Made by a program: the position numbers and the translations under genes. From a virus, in the IMG/VR virus record IMGVR_UViG_3300043774_000178, positions 50,091 to 114,090 of that record: DNA of 64,000 bases. One strand, given 5' to 3'. The notes beneath the pieces are model-generated. The model was not told the origin of the DNA. It did not search any database and worked only from the letters and a program-made list of their open reading frames with translations. Positions 10,887 to 21,098 of this stretch are shown here, piece after piece; positions within the stretch are counted from its first letter, which is position 1; each line of letters begins with the position of its first letter.

Positions 10887-11453
10887 TTAACCTAGAATTT
10901 TTTTGTTTTGCAAATCTTTGATATCTACAGTTAGTCTTTCCTTTTCTAGGTCTGGTTTACTACAAAGTTCACCTACGGATCTTAGTAAATCTTCTGAAGT
11001 TCCTAAGAGTTCTGCATAAAGACTAAAATAGTTTTCTGGAAACATATAACTGTTTACATAAACATATGTACTACTACTCTTGTCAAAATGATCTCTTACT
11101 TTGCGCCTTATTTGCATACTTAGCTGACTATACTTACCATTAATGAACTTCATCCAATCAGATTTTAAATCAGCAAAATCAAATATTACAACTGTTCTAC
11201 CATCTGCAAGTTTGAAATAATCACTTATTCTTTTATGCCCTAGTAACACAGTTTTCTCAAACTTGTGATACTCAGCATCTTCTCTTGCAGGATATACAGC
11301 TATAAATTTAGCATCCTCAGAGGATACATGTCCATCCCAGTGAACATAAGTCTGTTCTGGAATAGCTACAGCACCTCTTTTAATACCAAGGAGCGGATAC
11401 CACAACACCTTGGATTTTTGAAAATAGCTTTTATAAAGCGCATCAATTGCCAT
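10887..11453 (-). CDS. Hypothetical phage protein
   Basis: 188-aa ORF, tightly packed in operon. Confidence 0.7.
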   Translation of the reverse strand: MAIDALYKSYFQKSKVLWYPLLGIKRGAVAIPEQTYVHWDGHVSSEDAKFIAVYPAREDAEYHKFEKTVLLGHKRISDYFKLADGRTVVIFDFADLKSDWMKFINGKYSQLSMQIRRKVRDHFDKSSSTYVYVNSYMFPENYFSLYAELLGTSEDLLRSVGELCSKPDLEKERLTVDIKDLQNKKILG

Positions 11454-11458
11454 AAAGC

Positions 11459-12487
11459 TTAAAGTTTTAAGTTACCCAATGCAAGCTCATAAGGAAGAGT
11501 ATAATCTCTTTGTTTGTAGTGATAGTCTAAGACTTCCAATACATGTTTGAAATTATTCTCCCATACTTTCAGAGTTTGTTCTGATACTTGATAAGGATAA
11601 ATCTGGTTATATTTATCTACTACAATGAACGTGAACACCACTTTCCAATATTCAGCATCAGGTCTGTGTCTAATAAAGTTATTTATTGTCAAGCCTAAGT
11701 ACATCATAGCTTGAATATCATAACGATAATAGTCAACAGATTTTGGGAAATCTTGAATCAGCTTACCGGTTAGCTTAAGGTCATTGATAAATATAGTTCT
11801 AGATGATTCTTCTATAACTAGATTATCAACAACTCCTTTTAAACCAAAATCATGATTTTCTAAATCAGTTTTCAACATGAGTTCATTCATACAGGACATG
11901 GATTGCGGACCACTTGTCCCTAATTGGAGAAGAGCTTTTACTCTGTCATCTGCTCTTATTATTCCAACAACTTCTTCTGCTTGCATTTTTACTGCAGCAT
12001 CTATTACAGTTTTGTTTTTCTTAATCTTAAGAAAGTTAAAGTACTCTTTGTTATTATCTGTAAGAATCTTCTCTAACCTCTGAGCATCAGTCTTAAGACT
12101 CTGGTACAAGTTTACAGATAGCAAGTATGTTAGTATCTCATTACTAAAATCTCCAAGATCCAGTGCAGGGTTATTCATCTGAAGATAATAATTATTAAAG
12201 ATATGATCTAACAATAGTCTATTACTATCTGTAGGAATTTTACCAGGGAGCATAATAAACTGTTCATCAAAACTTTCTGGTTCAAGTAACAAACAGTGTG
12301 TTGCCCTACCTGCTACTAGGTGGGCATCAACACTATCTTCTCTTTGCTTAAGTATATAATGGCTATAGAATAACCTAGGTGAGAATAAAAGCTTATTTAT
12401 GCTTGAGTAACTAAAATAAAACTTCTCTTCATAAAATTTCTGAATCTCTTCAGATGAAATCAAAATTGATTGTGTTTGTATTGACAT
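11459..12487 (-). CDS. PD-(D/E)XK exonuclease (RecE/DUF3799-like)
   Basis: FSYSSINKL, GRATHCLLLEP, KGVVDNL...INDLK, YRYDIQAMMY. Confidence 0.8.
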   Translation of the reverse strand: MSIQTQSILISSEEIQKFYEEKFYFSYSSINKLLFSPRLFYSHYILKQREDSVDAHLVAGRATHCLLLEPESFDEQFIMLPGKIPTDSNRLLLDHIFNNYYLQMNNPALDLGDFSNEILTYLLSVNLYQSLKTDAQRLEKILTDNNKEYFNFLKIKKNKTVIDAAVKMQAEEVVGIIRADDRVKALLQLGTSGPQSMSCMNELMLKTDLENHDFGLKGVVDNLVIEESSRTIFINDLKLTGKLIQDFPKSVDYYRYDIQAMMYLGLTINNFIRHRPDAEYWKVVFTFIVVDKYNQIYPYQVSEQTLKVWENNFKHVLEVLDYHYKQRDYTLPYELALGNLKL

Positions 12488-13613
12488 GTTCTACCTCCTG
12501 TGTATAATTATCTTTTAGGTTTACTATTAATTCTTCATTCATGAGTTTATCAAACTCTTCACTCATAGTCACAGCTTTTACTTGAAAGTGTTTTGAATAA
12601 GATCCTGGAATATTATTCTGAAACTTATTAAGTAAATGCATTAGATTGTCTCTTGTAAGAGCATTCTTATCTCTAAGAATCTCTACACAGTCATCCATAC
12701 CGGGTGATAGATGTCTATCAAATCCCATATAACTTTTAAGAGCTTTAAAGTTTACATGATTCCTACTAGGCATATCAGATATCCTACTACCAAAATCATA
12801 AAACAAATCTACTAGATAAAGTATGCTACCTACATAATCACAGTTTGCCATAATCTCCATAGCAACAGTCCAGTTCTCTTTATCTGAGCTCATGAACATA
12901 TCACTAATAGCTTTATGCATATCAGCATCAATTACTACAGCTTCTGGACCATTGATATAAGGCATAAGAGCTACTTCTTGAGTAAGTTGTTTACTAACAA
13001 TAGAATCATATAAATCCTTATGTGCATCAGCTACTTTATAAAAAGTTTGTCTGTTTCTAGTTACTCCTTTATCTCCATAATAAACTTTAGCAAGACGAAA
13101 AGGTAAATTAACTTCTGTGAATACTTTAGCAGTAAAGTTATCACCTAAGATTACTACATTTTCTGTATAAAATTCTAGAGCTGTCTTAAGTTTATCATAA
13201 TAGTAACTATCAATATGGTTACCTTCTTTACAAGATTCTATAAACTCTGTGAATGATTGCGTATCACAGGTATGATACCAGTTATCATCAAATAAATTAA
13301 ACCCAGTCTTTCTACCTGCAAAGATATGACTTGCTTTATCAGGATCTCTTACTATTTTGATACCATACTGAGAACCTAGATCTTTCAGTTTAACTCTTGG
13401 AATACTAACACCAGGTAGAAAATAGAAAGTATCCCCTTTTTGAGGGGAATAACTTTCTAATACATCATTCTGAGTAAAAGACAAATCACCTATAGCATTA
13501 AAGCTACCAGTTATCATATCTACAGAAGTTTCAATATAAAACTTAAAGCAGTCGTTTACAAAGTTATCTGCTTCTGTTAATCTAATTACTAAATAATTTT
13601 TCAAAGAACTCAT
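12450..13613 (-). CDS. Hypothetical protein with possible BRCT-like N-terminal segment
   Basis: FYFLPGVSIPRVKLKDLGSQYGIKIVRDPDKASHIF resembles the BRCT pattern; adjacent to AAA ATPase. Confidence 0.5.
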   Translation of the reverse strand: MSSLKNYLVIRLTEADNFVNDCFKFYIETSVDMITGSFNAIGDLSFTQNDVLESYSPQKGDTFYFLPGVSIPRVKLKDLGSQYGIKIVRDPDKASHIFAGRKTGFNLFDDNWYHTCDTQSFTEFIESCKEGNHIDSYYYDKLKTALEFYTENVVILGDNFTAKVFTEVNLPFRLAKVYYGDKGVTRNRQTFYKVADAHKDLYDSIVSKQLTQEVALMPYINGPEAVVIDADMHKAISDMFMSSDKENWTVAMEIMANCDYVGSILYLVDLFYDFGSRISDMPSRNHVNFKALKSYMGFDRHLSPGMDDCVEILRDKNALTRDNLMHLLNKFQNNIPGSYSKHFQVKAVTMSEEFDKLMNEELIVNLKDNYTQEVEHVNTNTINFDFI

Positions 13614-13618
13614 AACTA

Positions 13619-14794
13619 TTATTTTACAGCCATTTTAACTACAGCAGGATTCATCATCAACTTAGCCCATTTAGTCTTATTACCATTTACAATCTCCTTG
13701 ATAATAAAATACTTAAGGTCATCTGTGAATACATCACATCCTGTAGTAAGTTTAATTACTCTATTTATCATTTGATCACTAACTGGTTTTGTCTCAGAAT
13801 GAACAAGACAATAGTTAATCATCCTAGTTGCAATTACACTAGAGATATCTGCTCTAAAGTTACCTCCTTGATTTACAGAAGAGTTAAGAGCTCCTACTAC
13901 ATATGCTTCATTAGGATTTGTCATCATATCTTCAGGAGATATAATCTTATCCAAGTTGTTATTAATGAACATAGTAAATAGACTAGATGTTTCTGAACCT
14001 ACAGAACCTTCACCAATCATTTGGACTAATGGAAGCTCATCTTCAAACTTATCTATAGAACTAATAGAGTTGAAGAATGTAGTAATTGCACGAGGATTAA
14101 CATTAGAGTTAATAACTTCTGGGTTCATCAATAGGAAGTTGATACATCTACCATCAATACTAGCAGTCTCCGCCCACTTAGCCCATACTTTCTCATCAAA
14201 CTTTACCTCAACAGAAATAAATCTAGTCTTCTGAGCTATATCCAAACTAGTAACATTATAGTCACCATTATCTGGATTAGTAGTCAATACAATATGCCAG
14301 TTCTTAGGAAGCTTCCAAGAGATGTACTCTTGTCTATCAATCAATTCCATAGTTGCTTGCATGAATCTTTGATCTGCACGAGTATAATCATCAAGAATCA
14401 AGAAGCCACCCTCACCTTTACCTTGAATCCACTCAGGAGATGCATGCGACATTCTACTTTGTCCACTAGGTCTAAAGCCTGCTTTTACATAAGTCTCAAG
14501 TAAAGTTTCTTGAATCCACTTCTTAGCACCATCTTTGTTTTCAATCTCAAACTCTTTGAATGGAAAACCAACCAAGTCACCAAGCTCCTCTATCTGACTC
14601 AAATTTAATTTAATGACAGCCATGTTCATCTCTTTTGCAAGTTGCATTAGAGATGAAGTCTTACCAAGACCAGCTTCACCTTCAATATTTACAGCTACAG
14701 GTACTTTACCTTTTGTTTGAATATGCTGATTATTCTTTACCATGTGTCCCAAGAAGGACTTTAACTCATCAATATTTAACTTTACTTGACTCAT
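13619..14794 (-). CDS. MoxR-like AAA+ ATPase
   Basis: Walker A GEAGLGKT, Walker B FLILDDYTRA, LTTNP, DIAQKTRF, NPR. Confidence 0.88.
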   Translation of the reverse strand: MSQVKLNIDELKSFLGHMVKNNQHIQTKGKVPVAVNIEGEAGLGKTSSLMQLAKEMNMAVIKLNLSQIEELGDLVGFPFKEFEIENKDGAKKWIQETLLETYVKAGFRPSGQSRMSHASPEWIQGKGEGGFLILDDYTRADQRFMQATMELIDRQEYISWKLPKNWHIVLTTNPDNGDYNVTSLDIAQKTRFISVEVKFDEKVWAKWAETASIDGRCINFLLMNPEVINSNVNPRAITTFFNSISSIDKFEDELPLVQMIGEGSVGSETSSLFTMFINNNLDKIISPEDMMTNPNEAYVVGALNSSVNQGGNFRADISSVIATRMINYCLVHSETKPVSDQMINRVIKLTTGCDVFTDDLKYFIIKEIVNGNKTKWAKLMMNPAVVKMAVK

Positions 14795-14803
14795 ACTCTT
14801 TTA

Positions 14804-14956
14804 TTAATATTTCCAATTAAAACCTATTTCAAACAAAGGTGTAATATGTAAAGCATATACATTTGCTTTAGCATCTACATTACTTTTACTAAAACCAATA
14901 ACCATTGGTATAATCCATGAAAACTTTGTCTCAATTTTTCCTTCGTACTTACTCAT
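14804..14956 (-). CDS. Small hypothetical protein (50 aa)
   Basis: MSKYEGKIETKFSWIIP...FNWKY fills the gap; start overlaps upstream stop. Confidence 0.45.
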   Translation of the reverse strand: MSKYEGKIETKFSWIIPMVIGFSKSNVDAKANVYALHITPLFEIGFNWKY

Positions 14957-16251
14957 AACTCTAATCTAATTACTTTACCTGGTAATTCATTATTCATACC
15001 AGATCTCTCTGATAATACCCACAATACTGGGGACTTAGGTTTTACTGAAGTGTGCCATTCACCATCAGTAAAATAAACTAAGCTTGTATACTTCTTAAGG
15101 TTTTGATTGTAATAATCCAAAACAGGATCAAACTCAGTACCACCTCTACCACCTACCTTGATTTGGTTCTTACCATTATAAGGTTCTATAGATCTAATTA
15201 CAGTATCACATTGGATAATAGTAATATCTACTCCTGTTTTATGGATGTGATGTATCTCATTCATAAACTCAAGTAACTCATCATCTGATACTGAACCAGA
15301 AGTATCAATAGCTAGTAGCATGTGTTGTCTCATCTTTATCTTCAAACCTGGATTATCAGAATACCTTTTATTCTCTTTTCTCCTAAGTTTCTTGGTAAAG
15401 ATTCTTGTACTTACACCTGTGAATCTTCTGATATAAGCTCTCCAATTGAACTTTGCTTTCTCAATTTTTGCAAGCTCTAGTAGATGCTTCTCAATATTAC
15501 CAGGAACAGATCCTCTTTTCTTTACAGTTTGCTCAGCAGCTTCACCCAATAGCCTATCAAGTTGTTGCTGTACAATCTTCTTCTCTGCTTCAGATAGATT
15601 CTCAAAGTCTTCCCATGTACTATGATCAGGAATACCATCACCGGATTCCATCTGATCACATAGTTGATCAAAGTTAGGACAACCAGAAGAACCATCCTTT
15701 TCCTTCTTATCCTTAGCTTCTTTAAGCTTATCATAATAATATCTACAACCAGCTTTAAGATCTAGATTCAACTCAGGATAATCTTCAATCATTATACCTC
15801 TTTGCGGAAGCTTAGATATTTCATTCACAGCATCTTCTAAGGACAATGCACCAGAATCAATCTTATCAGTAATAGATTTCTTAAGATTCTCATACTGTTC
15901 CTTAGTATACTCATCTCCAGGAAGATAACCCTTGTCAATATACTGATTAATCTCCATGTCCATTGCTATATTAGCAAGCTTCTTGTCAGGAAAATTAAAG
16001 TACATAGATAGGTGAAAATAAGCAATATGCAGTAGCTCATGCTTTAGAATACCAATCCTGTGATTATCAGTCATTCCTTGCCAGAAGTTTTCATTTATAG
16101 TAAGTTGATAGTTAATACCATTCTTACTAACACCGGCAGTAGGAATCCTGTTATTCCATACTTTATTCAACATGATAAGAAAGAACCCATAGAAGGGCTC
16201 TTTCCACATCAATTCTTTACTAGCTTTACCTAGTGTATCCTCTTTACTCAT
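14953..16251 (-). CDS. DUF2201-type metallopeptidase plus vWA domain protein
   Basis: PTAGV, LKHELLHI (HExxH), ANIAMDMEINQ; MIDAS DTSGS, QCDT, GRGGTEF, YFTDG. Confidence 0.88.
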   Translation of the reverse strand: MSKEDTLGKASKELMWKEPFYGFFLIMLNKVWNNRIPTAGVSKNGINYQLTINENFWQGMTDNHRIGILKHELLHIAYFHLSMYFNFPDKKLANIAMDMEINQYIDKGYLPGDEYTKEQYENLKKSITDKIDSGALSLEDAVNEISKLPQRGIMIEDYPELNLDLKAGCRYYYDKLKEAKDKKEKDGSSGCPNFDQLCDQMESGDGIPDHSTWEDFENLSEAEKKIVQQQLDRLLGEAAEQTVKKRGSVPGNIEKHLLELAKIEKAKFNWRAYIRRFTGVSTRIFTKKLRRKENKRYSDNPGLKIKMRQHMLLAIDTSGSVSDDELLEFMNEIHHIHKTGVDITIIQCDTVIRSIEPYNGKNQIKVGGRGGTEFDPVLDYYNQNLKKYTSLVYFTDGEWHTSVKPKSPVLWVLSERSGMNNELPGKVIRLEL

Positions 16252-16640
16252 TTCTTTAGAGTTAGGTTAAAATCTAAATTCTTTGTAGGATAACCCATAT
16301 TATCTAGCATTTGAACAAGCTCTCCTACATGTCTTTCTAGAAATGCAGTTACAGATTCTTTGTCAGCTTTCATTGATATTAAGACACTTAACCCTTTAGC
16401 ATAAGTAAACGGACTATCAAAATCATAATACTTTGAAAGCTCTTTAGCAACTTCAGGTGCATTTGATTTCCATTCACTATATGTTAAACGGGAGTACTTA
16501 AATATATAAAGCAACCATCCAAAATCAGAATCTTTGAAATTAAATGCTTCAACTGCTTTATACGCTAAATGTCCATTATCTTCATCAGGAGATAAAAACA
16601 TGTTTATAATATTATCAGCTTCTTGTCTTGTAATTTTCAT
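16248..16640 (-). CDS. Hypothetical protein
   Basis: 130-aa ORF translationally coupled in the AAA/vWA operon. Confidence 0.7.
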   Translation of the reverse strand: MKITRQEADNIINMFLSPDEDNGHLAYKAVEAFNFKDSDFGWLLYIFKYSRLTYSEWKSNAPEVAKELSKYYDFDSPFTYAKGLSVLISMKADKESVTAFLERHVGELVQMLDNMGYPTKNLDFNLTLKK

Positions 16641-16987
16641 CAGTCTTCAATTTTTAAAGTTCTAATCATCCACTCTTCAGGTTTACCAGACTTAATAGCC
16701 TTAAACCATTCTTTTGCACTAGGAATATATCCAAAGCAATCCTCTTTTACATGCTGTTCACCAATGTATCTAACATAGACATCTTTTCCATCAGAGTTAG
16801 TAATTATCATACCAAATCTTTGTTCACATTCAAATATACCTTCACTGTGATGTCTAAACATTCTATGCTCACTATGACCTACCCAAGCCTTAGTAGCATC
16901 AAACCATTCATGAATTTTAATATAGTCAGTTGCTACACCTCCCCATTTTCTTGCAGAGGATCTAGCATGATCCCAAGGATGTGCCAT
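16640..16987 (-). CDS. DUF6915-like His-rich protein
   Basis: MAHPWDHARSSARKWGG..IHEWFDATK..HRMFRHHSEGIF..IGEQHVKED. Confidence 0.75.
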   Translation of the reverse strand: MAHPWDHARSSARKWGGVATDYIKIHEWFDATKAWVGHSEHRMFRHHSEGIFECEQRFGMIITNSDGKDVYVRYIGEQHVKEDCFGYIPSAKEWFKAIKSGKPEEWMIRTLKIED

Positions 16988-17391
16988 TACTTTGCTGATT
17001 TTTCAATTAAGTTACCTTCATGAGTATATTGCTCATAATCAATTACTCTAATATTATTATCAATTGAGTATTGTCCAGATGGAACCATTATAGATACTGT
17101 ACCGTAACCACCTTCATTATTATACCAATCTTCTATGTCTTCAAGAAGTTTATTATATGTAAAGTCTTCTATTCTAGATTTCAAACCTGAACTTAAAACA
17201 CAAAGTTCAGGACTATCAAAATGTACATTATCTTCTACATCTTCTACAGCATCAATAGGTTTAGTACAGTACTGAATCTCTTCAATTTGACCAGAGTCTC
17301 CTGATCCATCATATCTTATCAAAATACCTGTAACACCCATACCAGATAATTCTAGCATAAGCTCTGTCATTTCTAATTCTGTCATAATCAT
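16987..17391 (-). CDS. DUF6878-like protein
   Basis: YDGSGDSGQIE and DWYNNEGGYG motifs; adjacent to the DUF6915-like gene. Confidence 0.7.
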   Translation of the reverse strand: MIMTELEMTELMLELSGMGVTGILIRYDGSGDSGQIEEIQYCTKPIDAVEDVEDNVHFDSPELCVLSSGLKSRIEDFTYNKLLEDIEDWYNNEGGYGTVSIMVPSGQYSIDNNIRVIDYEQYTHEGNLIEKSAK

Positions 17392-17810
17392 TTTGTTTTG
17401 TAAAACCGTCCTAATATGTTTCCATTTAGGAATTCTTCTTTCTCAAGTACCTCATACAGGAACTGATGTTTTGTTTCTTGATATGTTAACTCTGTAGATG
17501 AATAGCATATTCTAAGAATTTCTCTTTTGATTACTCCTCCTGTTTTTGCAAAGTCCTTAAGTATCTTATTACTACTATAGTACTTCATAAAATTAGGTAC
17601 AAGCTCTCTCCTGTACTTTTTTAGCCTTTTATCTGTAGTCATAGCTAAAGCTTTCTTACCTAATGGTTTTTTAACATTAGCATAGAAGTTCTTTTTACCT
17701 ATGTACCTTACAGATTTACCATCAATAATAGCTGACATTTCATATATAAAACCTACAGCTCCTTCAGGAATTGATAGTTCATCAAATTCCTTTCCTTCAT
17801 ATATCCACAT
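17388..17810 (-). CDS. GIY-YIG-like nuclease
   Basis: GFIY...YIGKK, YYSS, REIL, E..Q, NGNI. Confidence 0.7.
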   Translation of the reverse strand: MWIYEGKEFDELSIPEGAVGFIYEMSAIIDGKSVRYIGKKNFYANVKKPLGKKALAMTTDKRLKKYRRELVPNFMKYYSSNKILKDFAKTGGVIKREILRICYSSTELTYQETKHQFLYEVLEKEEFLNGNILGRFYKTK

Positions 17811-18069
17811 TTTCTTTAAGTTGACTGATTAAGAGTAAATAATCTACTATTTCAAGTTTTAGTTGAGTATTTTCTGACCTTAAATTCATATTGTCTTCTT
17901 CTAGAAGTTCATTCTGTTCTTCAAGCTGAGATTTTTCATCTTTAAGTTCAGTTATTTCATTTATGTAATCTGTTTCTAGTACTTCAAACTCTTGTCTTAA
18001 ATCTTTAAAATAACTATTAGTATAATCAAGATATGTTTCAACCTTGTCCATTAATTTTTGTACACTCAT
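17797..18069 (-). CDS. Coiled-coil hypothetical protein
   Basis: Heptad Leu/Glu pattern. Confidence 0.65.
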   Translation of the reverse strand: MSVQKLMDKVETYLDYTNSYFKDLRQEFEVLETDYINEITELKDEKSQLEEQNELLEEDNMNLRSENTQLKLEIVDYLLLISQLKENVDI

Positions 18070-19043
18070 AATATTTGTTTTAGTAATGGGAATAACTTAT
18101 CTCTCACAGCTTCAATACCATGTATGTTTACAGAGTCTGATAGATCCTTTTCCATATCTAGTATAATATAATCAATACTATATTTCTGTTTGTACTTTTC
18201 CATAGAAGCAATACCTGCCTCATCATTGTCAAACAAAGTAATAATCTTCTTATACTTAGATCTTAGCATTACCATATCAGATTCTCTTATCATACTATTC
18301 TCACTGTCTGGAGCAATTGCTTCTATGTTCTTAATACCCAAAACATTAAAACACATTAAGTCTTTGAGTGAAGATGTAATAATCAGATAATCAGCAGTAT
18401 AAGTTAGTTGATTTAAACCTTGAATATAATTAGTAACCTTTATAAATTTCTTAGCTACATTCTTAGGAGAATAGATTTTGTATAGAACACCGTCATCTCT
18501 AAAATAACCATAGATATGGTTGTATTCAAAGAGTATAGAGTTTACACTACCATCTTCTTCTACCTTCTGCATGTTAAAGAACTTTAGTGGAACAACATTA
18601 TATCTATCAAGCATCTTAGAACTAATCTTAAATCTTGACCAATAGCTTTGATCTAGATTATTCCAGTGCCTCATTTCATAATCAACTACTTTATACTTAT
18701 CATGTACTTTGAACTCTCTACTTGTAGTAGGTGACTGGTTCTTTAGATACTCAGTATAGTCTGAAGTAATCTTATTTACTGTTTGAACAAAGGTTAGATT
18801 ATACATACGCATAACCATGTTCTTACCATCACCATGATACCCGGTAGAGAAATCTTTAAACCTATAATCATTAATTGACTTACTATAATAGACATACATA
18901 GATGGAGTCTTCTCATGTCTAAACACTGAGAATAACTTCACATCTTGACCAGTAAGACTTTCATTAAGATTCAAATAGTGTTCAAATATCCATGTATTTG
19001 GTACTTCATTAAGTCCCTCAAATATGTTCTTTGTAGATAGCAT
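18066..19043 (-). CDS. DNA primase (DnaG/TOPRIM, crAss-type)
   Basis: EKTPS..FKDFSTG degenerate ZBD; TSSLKD; TOPRIM LFDNDEAG; KDLSD; start placed at MLSTK because the upstream extension overlaps a terminator. Confidence 0.82.
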   Translation of the reverse strand: MLSTKNIFEGLNEVPNTWIFEHYLNLNESLTGQDVKLFSVFRHEKTPSMYVYYSKSINDYRFKDFSTGYHGDGKNMVMRMYNLTFVQTVNKITSDYTEYLKNQSPTTSREFKVHDKYKVVDYEMRHWNNLDQSYWSRFKISSKMLDRYNVVPLKFFNMQKVEEDGSVNSILFEYNHIYGYFRDDGVLYKIYSPKNVAKKFIKVTNYIQGLNQLTYTADYLIITSSLKDLMCFNVLGIKNIEAIAPDSENSMIRESDMVMLRSKYKKIITLFDNDEAGIASMEKYKQKYSIDYIILDMEKDLSDSVNIHGIEAVRDKLFPLLKQIL

Positions 19044-19058
19044 AGCAAATGAATAATA

Positions 19059-19090
19059 AAAAAGGGAAGCCATCTCTGACTCCCCCTTTC
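19059..19090 (-). terminator. Intrinsic terminator
   Basis: Minus strand GGGGGAGTC-AGAT-GGCTTCCC followed by T-tract. Confidence 0.65.
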
Positions 19091-19102
19091 CATCCTAATT
19101 GC

Positions 19103-19780
19103 TTAGTCTAATGAGAAGTCAGTAGCAGCTCTCTGTGGAATATCCAAGTCATCATCACCAAATGATCCAACTTCACGAACTTCCATCTTCTTGAGATGCT
19201 CTTCCTCGTTAAATTTAATTACATTTCCTCCTACAGGAGCAATAGCATAAGCTCCTTTAGAACCTTTTGCTAACCATAAGTCATAATTGGTATAACCATT
19301 CTTACCCTCATACTCTTTACCAGCAATACAGAAATCTGCAAGCTTGTCTTTGTATGGAGCATCAGCATTAAAAGCATCTACAAATTCTTCAATTGTATCA
19401 TGCTTATTATCCTGTGCAAGAAACCAATCACTTATACCAAGAGTAGAAGTAAGATTCTTCAAGAAAATCATAATAGATTTATCTCTCTGAACTTTGATAC
19501 CACTCTTAGTTACACCATCAGCAAATGCATATTGAGAAGCTTTCACTCTACCAATCTGACCTGCATAGTGACCTTTGCTGTCATCATCTTTGTCAATCAT
19601 GAATCCCTCAAATCCTTCAATAGGTTGAGTTTCTACATTTAAAATCAAATGATATGCTCCATCAATAAACTTAAATTTCTCTAGCATTGCGCTATTGATT
19701 TTCAAAGTATAGTTACCTGGTGCAATTGTTTTAGGTAGTCCTGAACCACCTTCTGTTAATCCTGTTGTGCTTAAAGCCAT
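19103..19780 (-). CDS. Putative ssDNA-binding protein
   Basis: APGNYTLKI N-terminus, acidic aromatic C-tail (DDDLDI...DFSLD), follows Sak4-like ATPase. Confidence 0.55.
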   Translation of the reverse strand: MALSTTGLTEGGSGLPKTIAPGNYTLKINSAMLEKFKFIDGAYHLILNVETQPIEGFEGFMIDKDDDSKGHYAGQIGRVKASQYAFADGVTKSGIKVQRDKSIMIFLKNLTSTLGISDWFLAQDNKHDTIEEFVDAFNADAPYKDKLADFCIAGKEYEGKNGYTNYDLWLAKGSKGAYAIAPVGGNVIKFNEEEHLKKMEVREVGSFGDDDLDIPQRAATDFSLD

Positions 19781-19797
19781 TTTGTTTGTTTTAGTTG

Positions 19798-20547
19798 TTA
19801 ATCAATAAATACTTTGTCCCAGTAAGTTTTATACTCACCGTTCTCATCAATTTCAGAAATCACTATTTCAGCATTGCTTAGATGTGCAGGTCTTGCACCA
19901 CAAGCAATATCATCATTAGTTTTGAAGCTGAGAATATTCTTATTCCCTTTTCTATAGAGATAACCAATAGCATCAGAATTAGAAGTTGTAATTCTTTTTA
20001 GCTTACCAGTTAGATCTAAATCAAGAGAGTTGAATGTTCCTCCTGCTTTCTCAAGCTGAGTATCCTTTACGTGACCTACAAAGATTACATATGGAGCCCA
20101 TGTCTTGATATAATCAATAACCTTTGTAAATGCTTGTCTAGTCCAGAAATAACCAGAACCTTCAGGTAAACCCAATATGCTACCATACTTCTCTTTACCA
20201 CCACCTGGATTAAACCAGTTCTTACCCATAGGGCTACGTGAATAGAGAGCTTCTGCATAAGGAATAACCATTTCTTCTAATGCAGTGATAGTATCAACAG
20301 CTATAATCTTATAAGGATTACCTGCTTCTTTGATTGCATTACCAACTTCTTTGATTTCCTCAAAGGTGTTAGCTTCTACCTTCATTGCATTAAGATACTT
20401 AGTACCACCTTCTAAATCTAGAATAAGACAGTTTGGTAATTCAGATAACAAGCTTGTCTTACCTGTCTTAGGTTTAGAAAATATAATAAGATTCTTTGGA
20501 CTGAGGCTTTCTGGAGCCACTCTAGATTTTGGCAATATTATTCCCAT
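19798..20547 (-). CDS. AAA_24 / Sak4-like ATPase (recombination)
   Basis: SKPKTGKT, LILDLEGG, IAVDTIT, FVGHVKD, SDAIGY. Confidence 0.82.
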   Translation of the reverse strand: MGIILPKSRVAPESLSPKNLIIFSKPKTGKTSLLSELPNCLILDLEGGTKYLNAMKVEANTFEEIKEVGNAIKEAGNPYKIIAVDTITALEEMVIPYAEALYSRSPMGKNWFNPGGGKEKYGSILGLPEGSGYFWTRQAFTKVIDYIKTWAPYVIFVGHVKDTQLEKAGGTFNSLDLDLTGKLKRITTSNSDAIGYLYRKGNKNILSFKTNDDIACGARPAHLSNAEIVISEIDENGEYKTYWDKVFID

Positions 20548-21095
20548 GGAGCTTTGTCTTTATTGTGAATAAGTTCATTTAACCACTTCTTGTTACTTAC
20601 TGGTTTCTTTAACAGAATAGCAGCAAGATCCCTTAATGTGATTTGACTAAGCGGTGCATCTGAATCAGGATCAGGAAGATCATCAAAGTCGGGAAAAGCA
20701 CTTGTCTTTTCCTCTTCTCTTTGAATCTCAATCTTAATTAACTCAGACACAGGAACTAGATACCTCATACTAGTATTGTTATGAGCTGACGGTTCAGTCT
20801 TATCATACTCTTCTTCAAAATGAGGATTAAACCTCCATTTGTAAAGAGTTCTGTTTGGATCTTCAGGTTCAAGTTCTACACTGGTAAACTCAGTATAGAT
20901 GTCTTTACCCTTTCTAAATTCGCTTTGGAAGAATCCTATGCACATTTCTGACTTTCCTTTTGGGAAATATGCACACTTTGGTATAAACAATGGATTTTCT
21001 TCTTGTAGAATTTTGAATTTCCACTCATGATGCTTAATCAGCTCTTCAGTCTTCTCCTGTCTATTGACAGATGACGATTTTGTTGTAAGACTCAT
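20538..21095 (-). CDS. Hypothetical replication-region protein
   Basis: 185-aa ORF; C-terminal TLRDLAAILLKKPVSNKKWLNELI. Confidence 0.7.
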   Translation of the reverse strand: MSLTTKSSSVNRQEKTEELIKHHEWKFKILQEENPLFIPKCAYFPKGKSEMCIGFFQSEFRKGKDIYTEFTSVELEPEDPNRTLYKWRFNPHFEEEYDKTEPSAHNNTSMRYLVPVSELIKIEIQREEEKTSAFPDFDDLPDPDSDAPLSQITLRDLAAILLKKPVSNKKWLNELIHNKDKAPWE

Positions 21096-21098
21096 AGT

